Origin: an uncultured bacterium
GTDB lineage: Bacteria; Patescibacteriota; Minisyncoccia; Phycocordibacterales; GCA-2401445
DNA length: 64,000 nt
NCBI GenBank assembly: GCA_937952265.1
Contig: CALFYW010000016.1
Coordinates: 334,661-398,660 of the forward strand
Direction of reading: 5' to 3'
Under the pieces are notes generated by a model. It saw nothing but the letters and a program-made list of their open reading frames with translations. It was not told the origin of the DNA and searched no databases. Shown here one piece after another: positions 17,490-27,502 of the stretch. The position numbers were made by a program, and so were the translations under genes. Position 1 is the stretch's first letter, and the number at the start of each line of letters is the position of its first letter.

Positions 17490-19001
17490 CTATTTTACAA
17501 CAGTACGTACTGCTTCAATGACGTCTCCTGTTGCAATCTCTATTTTAGCATGTATTTTCATTCCGAATTCAGTGCCTGATTCATGGACTGAGGTTGCTCG
17601 CGCTTTCTGTTCTTGGAGTTCAGTAACGGATCCCCTCCCAATTTCAATGGCGCGCCGCAAAATTTTAATCGGTGCATTAACCTCAATAGTTCCAGAGATG
17701 AGTTTTGCCCCAAGCACTTGCTGGTCTTTTGCTTTACTGAAGCATTTCAAAATTTTGGCGCTTCCCAATGTCTCCTCGACCTCGTGCCGAGGGGTTCGCT
17801 CTGAAGCGAGTTTTTCTAGAAATTCGGTAAGCCGGTAGATGATATCAAATGTCTCAATCTGGATACGCTGGCGTTCCGCCGCAGCTCGTGCTGAAGCATC
17901 AATTTTTACATTAAACCCAATGACTACCGCCGTGCTATCCGCGCCCGCGTGCTTGATATCATTTTCAGTAATGGTACCCACTCCTTCCGCGAGAATAGAG
18001 AAGGTAACCTTTTCAAGGGTAATCTTTTGTATCTGGTGTTTTATCGCTTCAATGCTTCCTCGGGTATCAGTTTTTAAGATAAGCGGAACCGCAACAGTGT
18101 CTCCTTCGGATGGGGTCTCCGTTTTCTGTTGTGTAAGAAGCGTGTCTTTGTGTTCTGCCGCGTATCGCTCGGCTTCTTTTTTGTTTTGGAAGGAGTAGAA
18201 CATGTTTCCTACTTCTGGAGACATATTAAAACCAGTAAGCTGTATTGGGTTTGAAAAGGTAGCGCTCGTAATTTTCTTTCCAAGAAAATCCTCCATGACA
18301 CGAACGGGTGCAACTGCATGCTGGGAAACTACCGCCATTCCTTGGGCGAGTGTTCCGTCTTTAATGATGAGTGTCGCGGCAATTCCTTTTTTGGGATCAC
18401 AGTTGGTTTCAATAACCACTCCTTCTGCGGGTTTCTCTGGGTTTCCGGTAAGTTCCTCAAGGTCGGCGACAAGAAGGATCATAGAAAGAAGCTCTTTTAC
18501 ACCCTCACCGGTTTTTGATGAAAGGGTAACCACTGGTACGCTGCCACCAAGCCCTTCAATAAAAATTCCGTGTTCAGCGAGTGAATATTTAACCCGATCC
18601 GGATCAGCTCCAGGTTTGTCTATTTTAGTAATGGCAACAATATGCGGTGTATTGCTTTCAAGAATCGCTTTGTGCGCCTCGAGTGTCTGTGGCTTAACCC
18701 CATCATCAGCTGCAATAACCAGAATGACGATATCAGAGGCATGCGCACCGCGTGATCGCATGGCGGCAAAGGCTTCGTGCCCTGGGGTATCAAGGAATGT
18801 TATCTTTCTCTCTTTTCCTTCGTCATTGAGATGGATGACTTCGTATGCAGCAATGTGTTGCGTAATACCACCCGCTTCATGTTCGGTTATTTTGGTTTTG
18901 CGGATATAGTCGAGAAGTGTTGATTTGCCATGATCGATATGCCCCATAATGGCAACAACGGGAGGCCGCGGTATTGCGTTGTGTGTTTTTTCTTTCGTCA
19001 T
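17490..19001 (-). CDS. infB: Translation initiation factor IF-2 (short form, no N-terminal domain)
   Basis: MGHIDHGKS, EAGGITQHI, DTPGHEAF, TKID. Confidence 0.97.
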   Translation of the reverse strand: MTKEKTHNAIPRPPVVAIMGHIDHGKSTLLDYIRKTKITEHEAGGITQHIAAYEVIHLNDEGKERKITFLDTPGHEAFAAMRSRGAHASDIVILVIAADDGVKPQTLEAHKAILESNTPHIVAITKIDKPGADPDRVKYSLAEHGIFIEGLGGSVPVVTLSSKTGEGVKELLSMILLVADLEELTGNPEKPAEGVVIETNCDPKKGIAATLIIKDGTLAQGMAVVSQHAVAPVRVMEDFLGKKITSATFSNPIQLTGFNMSPEVGNMFYSFQNKKEAERYAAEHKDTLLTQQKTETPSEGDTVAVPLILKTDTRGSIEAIKHQIQKITLEKVTFSILAEGVGTITENDIKHAGADSTAVVIGFNVKIDASARAAAERQRIQIETFDIIYRLTEFLEKLASERTPRHEVEETLGSAKILKCFSKAKDQQVLGAKLISGTIEVNAPIKILRRAIEIGRGSVTELQEQKARATSVHESGTEFGMKIHAKIEIATGDVIEAVRTVVK

Positions 19002-19030
19002 GGTGTGTAAGGTATAGATGGTTCATGGGG

Positions 19031-19510
19031 TTAATGAGCAAGGAGCCTCATGTTTTGTTTTGCCTCGTTAATTGCTTTTTGTTCTTCTTCGGTAAGTTCG
19101 TACGAGGAAGAAAATTTTTTAATCTCTTTTGCGAAGACGCTTACCCGATCTCGAGAATACAGACTCGAAAGCACAACCCCATCGCCATGTTCATTGAGAT
19201 AGCATGTTGCAAAACTCTGATTTCCACCGCCACCATTACCTTTAAAAGGGTTAAAGCGAATGGTTGCAATGCCCTGTGTGCTTTTCTTAAGGCGTTTCTC
19301 AACCGTAGTTAAGTATGCTTGCATTTCATCGCGGAAAGTGTGGTGCGCCTCGAGTTCTTTTCGGATGTAGTCGAGTGTTTTTTCGAGGTCATTTTTTTTC
19401 GTACCCAGAAAGAGCTTATTAATTCGGTGTAGTAGGAATAGAAACGCAATACTTAGTATCAGCACTATCCCAAAAAGTATTTGTATCGCTATTTCTATAG
19501 AAAAATTCAT
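19031..19510 (-). CDS. DUF4446-like membrane-anchored protein
   Basis: N-terminal TM; RFNPF...GGNQSF...GDGVVLSSLYSR...FAK. Confidence 0.75.
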   Translation of the reverse strand: MNFSIEIAIQILFGIVLILSIAFLFLLHRINKLFLGTKKNDLEKTLDYIRKELEAHHTFRDEMQAYLTTVEKRLKKSTQGIATIRFNPFKGNGGGGNQSFATCYLNEHGDGVVLSSLYSRDRVSVFAKEIKKFSSSYELTEEEQKAINEAKQNMRLLAH

Positions 19511-19648
19511 ACGCGTTTAAGCTGATATGAGTGGAAGCTACACGAAAGCGATTATACCTTTTTGGGGGTGTTTTGTGAAGCCGTTTATTTTGCCCCATAT
19601 TTTTGTTGTGTTTGCGTTGAGGTGATAAGGTGTGCTTTTATAGCGATA

Positions 19649-20800
19649 ATGAAAAGAATATATCTTGATTTTGCGGGAGCAACACCAGTTGATCCTCGCG
19701 TGGTGAAAGAGGTATCTCAACTCTTAGAGCGTGTGTATGGAAACGCCCTCGCGCCTTATGAAGAGGGGCTTCGCGCAAAAGAAGTGTGTGAAGGGGCGCG
19801 CCAGAGGATTGCGCGGTCATTCGGTGTGCGTACTGAAGAGATTGTTTTTACCAGCGGGGGGACTGAATCAAACAACCTCGCTATTTTAGGTGCGGTGCGA
19901 GCGCGACAAGAGAGCGGAGTGGCACTTAACGATATGCACATTATTACGAGCGCGATTGAGCACGCTTCAGTTCGTGAACCAATACGAATGCTTAAAGCTC
20001 GCGGGGTGGAGGTGAGCGAGGTCTCGGTTCGGTCCGATGGCCGGGTTGATCCAAAGGAGGTAGTTCGGCACCTTACGGATAAGACGGTTTTGGTTTCAAT
20101 TATGTATGCAAATAATGAGATCGGCGTTATTGAGCCAATTCGGGAAATTGCACATCAAGTAAAAACTCACGGGCCGAAGCATCTCTTGGTGCACACCGAT
20201 CTCGGACAAGCTCCTTTTTTTGAGAAACTTTCTCCACATGCGCTCGGTGTTGATTTGATGACCGTCGACGCGCAGAAACTTTCTGGTCCAAAAGGAATCG
20301 GAGCGCTCTACGTGAAGCATGGGGTCCTCCTTGCTCCACTATTCTACGGAGGAGGTCAAGAGCGTGGTTTGCGCCCAGGTACACACAATCCTCCACTCAT
20401 TGCTGGTTTCGCAAAGGCGCTCGAACTTTTGGATATGGAACGGGAAGATCATCGGAATAAACTTAAGAAGCTTCAAACATACTTGTTTCGTCGTATTGTT
20501 GATGATGTCCCGGGGGCGCTCATCAACGGAAGTCAGGAATATCGGCTTCCCAATAATGTGCACATTTCACTTCCGGGCATTGATACCGAATTTTTAGCGG
20601 TAAAACTTGATCAGCGTGGAATCGCATGTGCGACAAAAAGCAATTGCCTCGATGGGGAGGTAGCTTCGTATGTGGTTCAGGCGCTCGGAGGAGCGCCTGG
20701 GGAGAGTGAAAGCACGTTACGTATTACGTTTGGACCGGATTTCTCTCAAGATATGATCGAAACATTTCTCTCGACGCTTGTCGCTCTAATGAAGGAGTAG
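19649..20800 (+). CDS. Cysteine desulfurase (IscS/NifS family)
   Basis: YLDFAGATP, FTSGGTESNN, IEH, NNEIG, AQKLSGPKG; catalytic loop reads TKSNC. Confidence 0.92.
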   Translation: MKRIYLDFAGATPVDPRVVKEVSQLLERVYGNALAPYEEGLRAKEVCEGARQRIARSFGVRTEEIVFTSGGTESNNLAILGAVRARQESGVALNDMHIITSAIEHASVREPIRMLKARGVEVSEVSVRSDGRVDPKEVVRHLTDKTVLVSIMYANNEIGVIEPIREIAHQVKTHGPKHLLVHTDLGQAPFFEKLSPHALGVDLMTVDAQKLSGPKGIGALYVKHGVLLAPLFYGGGQERGLRPGTHNPPLIAGFAKALELLDMEREDHRNKLKKLQTYLFRRIVDDVPGALINGSQEYRLPNNVHISLPGIDTEFLAVKLDQRGIACATKSNCLDGEVASYVVQALGGAPGESESTLRITFGPDFSQDMIETFLSTLVALMKE

Positions 20801-20840
20801 ATTTCTTGCGAGACGTATTTTTTTTTCGTATCATAATGAT

Positions 20841-21725
20841 ATGGAGAATCTTACTAAGCACCAGATTATACTACTTACCCTTCTGGTAAGTTTTGTAACT
20901 TCAATCGCAACGGGTATCGTAACGGTTTCTCTGATGGAGCAGGTGCCACCATCAGTCACCCAGACTATCAATCGTGTCGTAGAGCGAACGGTTGAACGCG
21001 TGGTGCCAGATCCAAACTCCCAAGGAGCAAGTGTGATTACAAAAGAGGTGACGGTCGTGGTGAATGAAAATGATTTAATCACGGATTCTATTGCAAGTGG
21101 CGCACCAAGCGTGGTCCGTATTTTTGAAAAAAACACATCTCAAGCTCTCGAGAAAGATATCCTGATTGGACTTGGCGCCATCTTTTCAAAAGATGGATTA
21201 GTAGTAACGAGCAGTGAAATTATTGATGCCGATGGGGTCTATGACGTCGTGTTGTCCGATGGTAGACGCTATGAGGCCGCCGTACACTCAGTTATGGATG
21301 CGCTGTCGTTACTCATCTTAAATCCAGGATCCGAAAGTAAAGAATTTAAGCCCGCATTACGCCCTATTACTCCTATCGGAAAAGATACCTTGCCTAAATT
21401 GGGACAAACCGTGATCGCGCTTGGCGGAGGGACCAGGGATGTGGTTGCAGTCGGCACACTTTCAAGTGTTATCTATGAAGAGGACAATACAAACGCTTCT
21501 ACGACACTAAGCGGTGGCGCTCAAGGCACGGGAGGTCAAAGGGTGATTAGTGCGATTCAAGCTGATGTGGCCCCCTCTGATGAATTATATGGCGGACTTT
21601 TAATTACGATGTTTGGTGAAGCAATTGGCATTCATACTGAAAAAGTAGGAACCACGCACCTCTATACTCCACTCACCACGCGTTCCGTTTCAACAAACAG
21701 TGAAGCGAAACCAGCAACTCGTTAA
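20841..21725 (+). CDS. HtrA/trypsin-like membrane-anchored protein with degenerate triad
   Basis: N-terminal TM, PSVVRI, GLVVT, LGQTVIALG, GGLLITMFGEAIGI. Confidence 0.7.
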   Translation: MENLTKHQIILLTLLVSFVTSIATGIVTVSLMEQVPPSVTQTINRVVERTVERVVPDPNSQGASVITKEVTVVVNENDLITDSIASGAPSVVRIFEKNTSQALEKDILIGLGAIFSKDGLVVTSSEIIDADGVYDVVLSDGRRYEAAVHSVMDALSLLILNPGSESKEFKPALRPITPIGKDTLPKLGQTVIALGGGTRDVVAVGTLSSVIYEEDNTNASTTLSGGAQGTGGQRVISAIQADVAPSDELYGGLLITMFGEAIGIHTEKVGTTHLYTPLTTRSVSTNSEAKPATR

Positions 21726-21813
21726 TGTGCGAATGTAATCCTCCGCAATATTGACGTTATTAAAAATAATCTGTATTATATATCTGTGTGTTATATAATA
21801 CTTTTATACCCGT

Positions 21814-24507
21814 ATGCCACCATTTCAAAACTTTACCACTAAAGCAAAAGAAGCAGTACGCAAAGCGCATGAGCTGGCAATTGAGCGTGGGCAAAATCAC
21901 GTGAATCCAGTACACCTGTTGACCGCGCTCATTCTGCAGGAAGAGAGCATGGTTGCCTCGATCCTCGATAAGCTTGAGGTTGATTCAATGCTTTTGACTG
22001 ATTCATTACTTGAAGCAATTGAGAGTCCTGAGTCAGGGTCGGTATTGTCCCCTTCATATCAAATTTATCTGACCCCAGAATTTGCGCAGGTGCTTGAAAG
22101 CGCTGCGCGGATTACCGCGCAACTCCATGACGAGTTTGTTTCTACGGAGCACCTTTTTCTCGGTATCATTGAAACTCCCGGAACCGCTCGTGATATTTTA
22201 GCGCGCTTTAAGCTTGGAAGAGATACTGTGTTACGCGTGCTCCAAGAATTGCGCAAGCATTCAGGAACACAAGGAGGGTCACAGAAGAAATATCGCTCGC
22301 TCTCAAAATACACCAGAAACTTAACCCTACTTGCTAAAGAAAATAAGCTCGATCCTGTCATTGGGCGGGATACTGAAATTTCTCGAATTATCCAGATTCT
22401 TTCTCGTCGTACCAAGAATAATCCAATTCTGATCGGTGAGGCTGGTGTTGGAAAGACAGCTATTGCTGAAGGGTTAGCCGTTCGTATTGCGTCTGGAGAT
22501 GTACCAGAGTCACTCAAAGAGAAAGAATTGGTCTCCCTTGATATGGGACTCTTGATTGCGGGAACCAAGTATCGAGGAGAGTTTGAAGAGCGCTTGAAGA
22601 GCATCATGAAAGAAATTGAACGCTCCGACGGCAAAGTGATTCTCTTTATTGATGAGATCCATACGATTGTGGGCGCGGGTGCCGCGGAAGGTGCGATGGA
22701 TGCGTCGAATATGTTGAAGCCCGCGCTTGCGCGAGGGGATTTGCGAGTTATTGGGGCCACGACACTCAAGGAATATCAGCGGCATATTGAAAAAGACCCG
22801 GCGCTTACTCGTCGCTTTCAACCCGTGCACGTGAATGAACCAGCGCTTGATGACGCGGTGGCAATCTTGCGTGGCCTTAAAGAAAAGTATGAGCTTTATC
22901 ACGGAGTGCGGATCACTGATGACGCGATTATTGCAGCCGTGCATTTAAGTAGTCGCTATATCACGGATCGTTTTCTTCCTGATAAAGCAGTGGACTTAAT
23001 TGATGAATCAGCATCAGCATTACGAATTTCTCTGGAGAATAAGCCGCCAGTGCTTGAGGATACCCACCGGAAGATTATGCGTTTGGAAATTGAAAAAGAA
23101 GCATTAAAAAATGAGGCAGAAACGCTTCATGGGAAAAAAGCAAAAGCGCGAATACGAAAAATTGATAAAGAAATTGCAGATTTGCGCGAGAAAACCTCGG
23201 AGCTCGAGCTTAAATGGAAGAATGAAAAGGAAACGGTTTCTTCAATTCGCGAAATCAAGAAAGAGCTTGAAGAGATTCGTAATGAGGCAGAAGCCGCTGA
23301 GGCACGCGCGGATCTCTCTCGTGCAGCAGAGATTCGCTATGGCCGGATCCCTGCGTTAGAGAAGGAGCTTGATACTAAAACCAAGCGTTTACGAAAACTC
23401 CAAAGTTCTCGAAGGATTCTTAAAGAAGAAATTACTGAAACAGATATTGCGGATATTGTGTCCCGTTGGACCGGAATTCCGGTTACTCGTATGCTTGAAG
23501 AAGAGGCAAATAAGCTCTCGCGCATGGAAGAGGCGCTCAAGAAACGCATTGTCGGTCAAGATGACGCAATTAAACGAATTGCTGATGCGGTAAAACGCTC
23601 TCGTGTAGGAATTGCAGATCCTGATCGACCTATTGGCTCCTTCTTATTTTTAGGTCCCACGGGTGTGGGAAAGACCGAACTTACCAAGGCGCTCGCGGAA
23701 TTCATGTTTGATGATGAAAAAGCGCTCGTTCGTGTAGATATGTCTGAGTACATGGAGAAACATTCAATTTCAAAAATGATTGGTTCTCCTGCTGGATATG
23801 TTGGCTATGATGAAGGGGGAAATTTAACCGAGCTTGTTCGACATCGGCCGTACTCGGTGATTCTCTTTGATGAGATTGAGAAAGCGCACCCGGAGGTATT
23901 CAATATTTTATTGCAGGTTCTTGATAATGGGCGATTAACTGACGCGAAAGGCCGGGTTGCGAATTTTAAGAACACCATTATCATCCTGACCTCAAATATC
24001 GGCGCACATTACATCGACAAGATGGAGCGATTTGGCTTTGTTCCTTCTACGTCAGAAGCCGATGACACCTCACGGCATTATGATGAAGCGAAGGGGAAGG
24101 TAATGGCAAGCCTTAAAGACTATTTCCGACCAGAATTTCTCAATCGTTTAGATGAGATCATTATCTTTGATATTTTGAGCACCGCAGCAATGCAGGAGAT
24201 TGTTGGAATCCAAACCAATGCAATTAAAAAGCGCTTGGAAGCAAAAGAGATTTCATTAGAGGTTACTCCCGCGGTGTACGCGCATTTAGCACAAAAAGGA
24301 TATGATCCACACTATGGCGCGCGCCCGTTAAAACGTTTAATCCAGTCAAAAATTTTGACACCCGTCGCTTCTTTAATGATTTCGAACAATATGCTTCGAG
24401 GGGGTACCGTGGTGGTAGATATGAAAGATAATGAGTTTACCTTTGAGATAAAGCGTAAGAGTACCCGCAGAGGAAAGGCGTCGCGCGGTGAAAAAATACT
24501 TGCGTAA
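21814..24507 (+). CDS. clpB: ATP-dependent chaperone ClpB
   Basis: Two AAA+ modules (GEAGVGKT, GPTGVGKT) and a long coiled-coil middle domain. Confidence 0.93.
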   Translation: MPPFQNFTTKAKEAVRKAHELAIERGQNHVNPVHLLTALILQEESMVASILDKLEVDSMLLTDSLLEAIESPESGSVLSPSYQIYLTPEFAQVLESAARITAQLHDEFVSTEHLFLGIIETPGTARDILARFKLGRDTVLRVLQELRKHSGTQGGSQKKYRSLSKYTRNLTLLAKENKLDPVIGRDTEISRIIQILSRRTKNNPILIGEAGVGKTAIAEGLAVRIASGDVPESLKEKELVSLDMGLLIAGTKYRGEFEERLKSIMKEIERSDGKVILFIDEIHTIVGAGAAEGAMDASNMLKPALARGDLRVIGATTLKEYQRHIEKDPALTRRFQPVHVNEPALDDAVAILRGLKEKYELYHGVRITDDAIIAAVHLSSRYITDRFLPDKAVDLIDESASALRISLENKPPVLEDTHRKIMRLEIEKEALKNEAETLHGKKAKARIRKIDKEIADLREKTSELELKWKNEKETVSSIREIKKELEEIRNEAEAAEARADLSRAAEIRYGRIPALEKELDTKTKRLRKLQSSRRILKEEITETDIADIVSRWTGIPVTRMLEEEANKLSRMEEALKKRIVGQDDAIKRIADAVKRSRVGIADPDRPIGSFLFLGPTGVGKTELTKALAEFMFDDEKALVRVDMSEYMEKHSISKMIGSPAGYVGYDEGGNLTELVRHRPYSVILFDEIEKAHPEVFNILLQVLDNGRLTDAKGRVANFKNTIIILTSNIGAHYIDKMERFGFVPSTSEADDTSRHYDEAKGKVMASLKDYFRPEFLNRLDEIIIFDILSTAAMQEIVGIQTNAIKKRLEAKEISLEVTPAVYAHLAQKGYDPHYGARPLKRLIQSKILTPVASLMISNNMLRGGTVVVDMKDNEFTFEIKRKSTRRGKASRGEKILA

Positions 24508-24611
24508 TATACCCTTCTTTGGAATAATGCTTTTCGAGAGTGTTTATGGAGGCACCTTTGAGAGGTGTTTCGTAATAGGAATAGGAGGCAGTGTTTCTCA
24601 AAGATAGAAAT

Positions 24612-24697
24612 GCGTCGGTGGCGGAGTGGTCAATCGCACTTGACTGTAAATCAAGCGGCTTATGCCTACGGGGGTTCGAATCCCTCCCGGCGCACCA
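24612..24697 (+). tRNA. tRNA-Tyr(GTA)
   Basis: Anticodon loop CTGTAAA, long variable arm, encoded CCA. Confidence 0.95.
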
Positions 24698-24875
24698 AAA
24701 GGGAGATTACAACAAGTAAGTAAGAGAAGACCGCCTCGTAGCGAAAGCGAACGGTGGTTTTTTGTTTTACCAGAGCTATTGACAAAGTAGTACTATATAT
24801 GGTATTATTGAAGAATAGGGATAGACATTACGGTCTGTTTCTATAGTACATTGAAACCTCAATACTCAACTCATC

Positions 24876-25064
24876 ATGAAAAAAGGAGTAGCGATTCTCG
24901 CTATCTTGTTCATCATCGCTGTCGTGATGATGAATCTAACGCCAGAACCTCAGGCACTGACTCCGGTTACGGAGTTTCGAGATCAGCATCCGAAGTCTGC
25001 AAAAAAATCGACCCCGACGGAAATCGAAATTGTGGTCACTGATTTTCAGGCGACCTTGGAATAG
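24876..25064 (+). CDS. Small signal-anchored hypothetical protein
   Basis: MKK plus hydrophobic helix; follows a TTGACA..TATTAT promoter at about 24779. Confidence 0.55.
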   Translation: MKKGVAILAILFIIAVVMMNLTPEPQALTPVTEFRDQHPKSAKKSTPTEIEIVVTDFQATLE

Positions 25065-25097
25065 TGTAAATAAGAGACAAAACGAAAGGACTGAGAA

Positions 25098-26174
25098 ATG
25101 AAGAATACCGTTGTAACACTCATTGTCGGATGGCTCATGTTGGTTTCGGCATTTTGCGATGCCGATCATATCACGGACGATGGCAGGATCTCATACTTAC
25201 CCATGTCACGTTCCCTCCTGCGTTCCTACGCAGTGCAAGAAGTGCGCTGGATACATTTTAGTGTTCACGCAGTGAGCATGACTGGTCACGGGCATGGAAA
25301 GACCTATTATCATCTTCCCTACGCCCCAGGAAAAGAAGGTGTTTCGTTGCGATACCTCTATCAGGTAATAGAGGGCAATCGCTTTCGTTTTGCCTTAGGC
25401 AATACGAAAGATGAAATCTACTGGAACGTCTCTTTGTCTAACCAACAAGGAGAGCTTTTGTTCCACGGGTTTAAATCGTTTCGACTGAAAGCGCTCGAGC
25501 AGGGAGGATTTACTATCCCTGAAGGTGCCTTTCATACCACACTCGTATTAAACCAGAAGGTCCGAATTGAACTTCCGGATGGAGTCGATTCAATCCGAGT
25601 TATTGAACGTGAGAGTAGAGATCCGTCACTAATTCGCCTAGATCAATGGCTTAAAATTGAGTACGTTGGAAATAAGAAGACAACCCTTTTTCCGACCTAT
25701 TTTAGTGGAAAGCAGGGTGAGGTGTTGGTCACCTATGAAGACCAGACCTCCCAAGTGTTTGGATTAGAGGATGGAGGGGAAATTTCACAACTTCCCATGG
25801 ATACCTATGGATCAGTTTTTGTAGAAGGTTTCCAACTTTTCCAATCGGACCCATCCCAGATAACGGTGTATGAACGATCCTCTGATGGACCGGGAGTATC
25901 ACCAATTGCTGAGATTCCGATCACGAAACGGTCTTCTCGGGTTTTGGTTCGAGGGATCGATCGAAATAAGGAACAAGCGATTGGTGTATGGTTTCGTAAT
26001 CTTCGCACCGGAGCTACGGGAGTCTCTTTTGAGCCTAGTGCAGAAGGATTCTTTCCTGTCTTGCTTGATACAGGAATACACCATATCGGGTTCTTCTGGG
26101 AAGATCCTCGATTCGATGAAATTGACAACGGTCGATTTTACAACCCTCAACCCCCGAGAGGTGAAAAGGGTTAG
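25098..26174 (+). CDS. Secreted hypothetical protein
   Basis: Signal peptide, SD AAAGGA, beta-rich 358 aa, followed by a terminator. Confidence 0.75.
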   Translation: MKNTVVTLIVGWLMLVSAFCDADHITDDGRISYLPMSRSLLRSYAVQEVRWIHFSVHAVSMTGHGHGKTYYHLPYAPGKEGVSLRYLYQVIEGNRFRFALGNTKDEIYWNVSLSNQQGELLFHGFKSFRLKALEQGGFTIPEGAFHTTLVLNQKVRIELPDGVDSIRVIERESRDPSLIRLDQWLKIEYVGNKKTTLFPTYFSGKQGEVLVTYEDQTSQVFGLEDGGEISQLPMDTYGSVFVEGFQLFQSDPSQITVYERSSDGPGVSPIAEIPITKRSSRVLVRGIDRNKEQAIGVWFRNLRTGATGVSFEPSAEGFFPVLLDTGIHHIGFFWEDPRFDEIDNGRFYNPQPPRGEKG

Positions 26175-26188
26175 TTGAGTTAAATCAC

Positions 26189-26222
26189 CCGCCTGGAGCA
26201 GTATGCTCCGGGCGGTTTTTTT
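26189..26222 (+). terminator. Intrinsic terminator
   Basis: CCGCCTGGAGCA-GTA-TGCTCCGGGCGG followed by a T run. Confidence 0.8.
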
Positions 26223-26296
26223 ATTGCCGTTTCGAGCATGAGTTGCCTTTTTTTGCCCCACACGGTATAGTTGCTCTGTTAATTTCGTAAATATAT

Positions 26297-26455
26297 ATGT
26301 CTCAAGATCGACTCATTAAACTCGCCTGTGGGAACTGCAAGCGTATTAACTATTGGAGCTCAAAGAATAAAAAGAAAGTTGAGCGGAAAATTGAGCTCAA
26401 AAAATTTTGTAATTGGTGTAAGCAAAACACCTCCCACAAAGAGACAAAGAAATAA
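26297..26455 (+). CDS. rpmG: 50S ribosomal protein bL33 (Zn-ribbon type)
   Basis: Manual translation MSQDRLIKLACGNCKRINYWSSKNKKKVERKIELKKFCNWCKQNTSHKETKK; below the ORF-track cutoff. Confidence 0.95.
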   Translation: MSQDRLIKLACGNCKRINYWSSKNKKKVERKIELKKFCNWCKQNTSHKETKK

Positions 26456-26502
26456 GGTCTATTTCCCTCTATTAGTTGTGGTATAGTAAGTGTGCCTTCT
26501 TT

Positions 26503-26574
26503 AGGCCTGTCGGTTAATTGGTAAACCACTGGTCTCCAAAACCAGGACTGCGGGTTCGAGTCCCGCCGGGCCTG
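26503..26574 (+). tRNA. tRNA-Trp(CCA)
   Basis: Anticodon loop CTCCAAA; GGTTCGAG; follows rpmG. Confidence 0.94.
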
Positions 26575-26578
26575 CTCT

Positions 26579-27469
26579 CTATTCTAAGAGGAAATTTTTA
26601 ACCTCAGTACTTATTGTCTTTTCTGCCACTGGGCTAAACCATTGTATTTTTTTATTTCGCTTAAACCAGGTCATTTGGCGTTTAGCATACGTGAGGATTT
26701 CTTGTTCCAGTCGGTGTGTCATTGCCTCTCTTGAAATCTTGTGCGTGAGGAAATCCGCCATTGCGCGATACTCAAGGCCAAGCTCCCGCATCCGTTCCCA
26801 GGAGAGTCCATGAGTATAGAGCTCGCGTGCTTCTTCAATCATTCCTGCCTGCAGTCGATCTTTGAGGCGCTCGTTAATGCGTAAGCGTAATTCATTCATA
26901 GGAAGGGTAAGACCAATAATGAGTGCTTCATACATTGGCTCTCGAGCTGGTAACGGGGGGACTTTGCCGAGTGCCCGTATTACTTCAAGCGCCCGGATTA
27001 AGCGGACACGATTTTTAGGATCAATGTTTTCTGCCCGTACCAGGTCTCTTTCTTTCAAGAGATCATATAACGCTTCTGTGGGGAGCGGTTGGAGCGTGCC
27101 TCGGTATTCCTTATTGGGTGGCACTTCAGGGAAGGATGGTTTGAAAAGTACGGCATCGATATAGAAGCCGGTACCCCCCACGATAAACGGGGTATGCTTC
27201 TTCGCGTGAATCATCGCGATTGCGTGGTGCGCGTGTTTTTGGTATTCCGCGGCACTCCATGTCTCCTGGGGGGAAACGAGGTCAAGGAGGTGGTGTGGTA
27301 TTCCGCGTCTCTCTTTTTCGGTAATTTTCCCTGTCCCTATATTAAGACCCTGATAGATTTGACGGGAGTCGGCAGAGACAACCTCTCCATTAAATTTCTC
27401 GGAAAGAGTGACGCCGAGCTCACTCTTTCCAATCGCGGTTGGGCCCGCAATCACGACAATCTTCTTCAT
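26579..27469 (-). CDS. miaA: tRNA dimethylallyltransferase
   Basis: GPTAIGKS, ADSRQIY, PHHLLD, VGGTGFY, YAKRQMTWF. Confidence 0.97.
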   Translation of the reverse strand: MKKIVVIAGPTAIGKSELGVTLSEKFNGEVVSADSRQIYQGLNIGTGKITEKERRGIPHHLLDLVSPQETWSAAEYQKHAHHAIAMIHAKKHTPFIVGGTGFYIDAVLFKPSFPEVPPNKEYRGTLQPLPTEALYDLLKERDLVRAENIDPKNRVRLIRALEVIRALGKVPPLPAREPMYEALIIGLTLPMNELRLRINERLKDRLQAGMIEEARELYTHGLSWERMRELGLEYRAMADFLTHKISREAMTHRLEQEILTYAKRQMTWFKRNKKIQWFSPVAEKTISTEVKNFLLE

Positions 27470-27502
27470 AGCTTCAATTTGGTTTTATTGTTGAGAGTGT
27501 GC

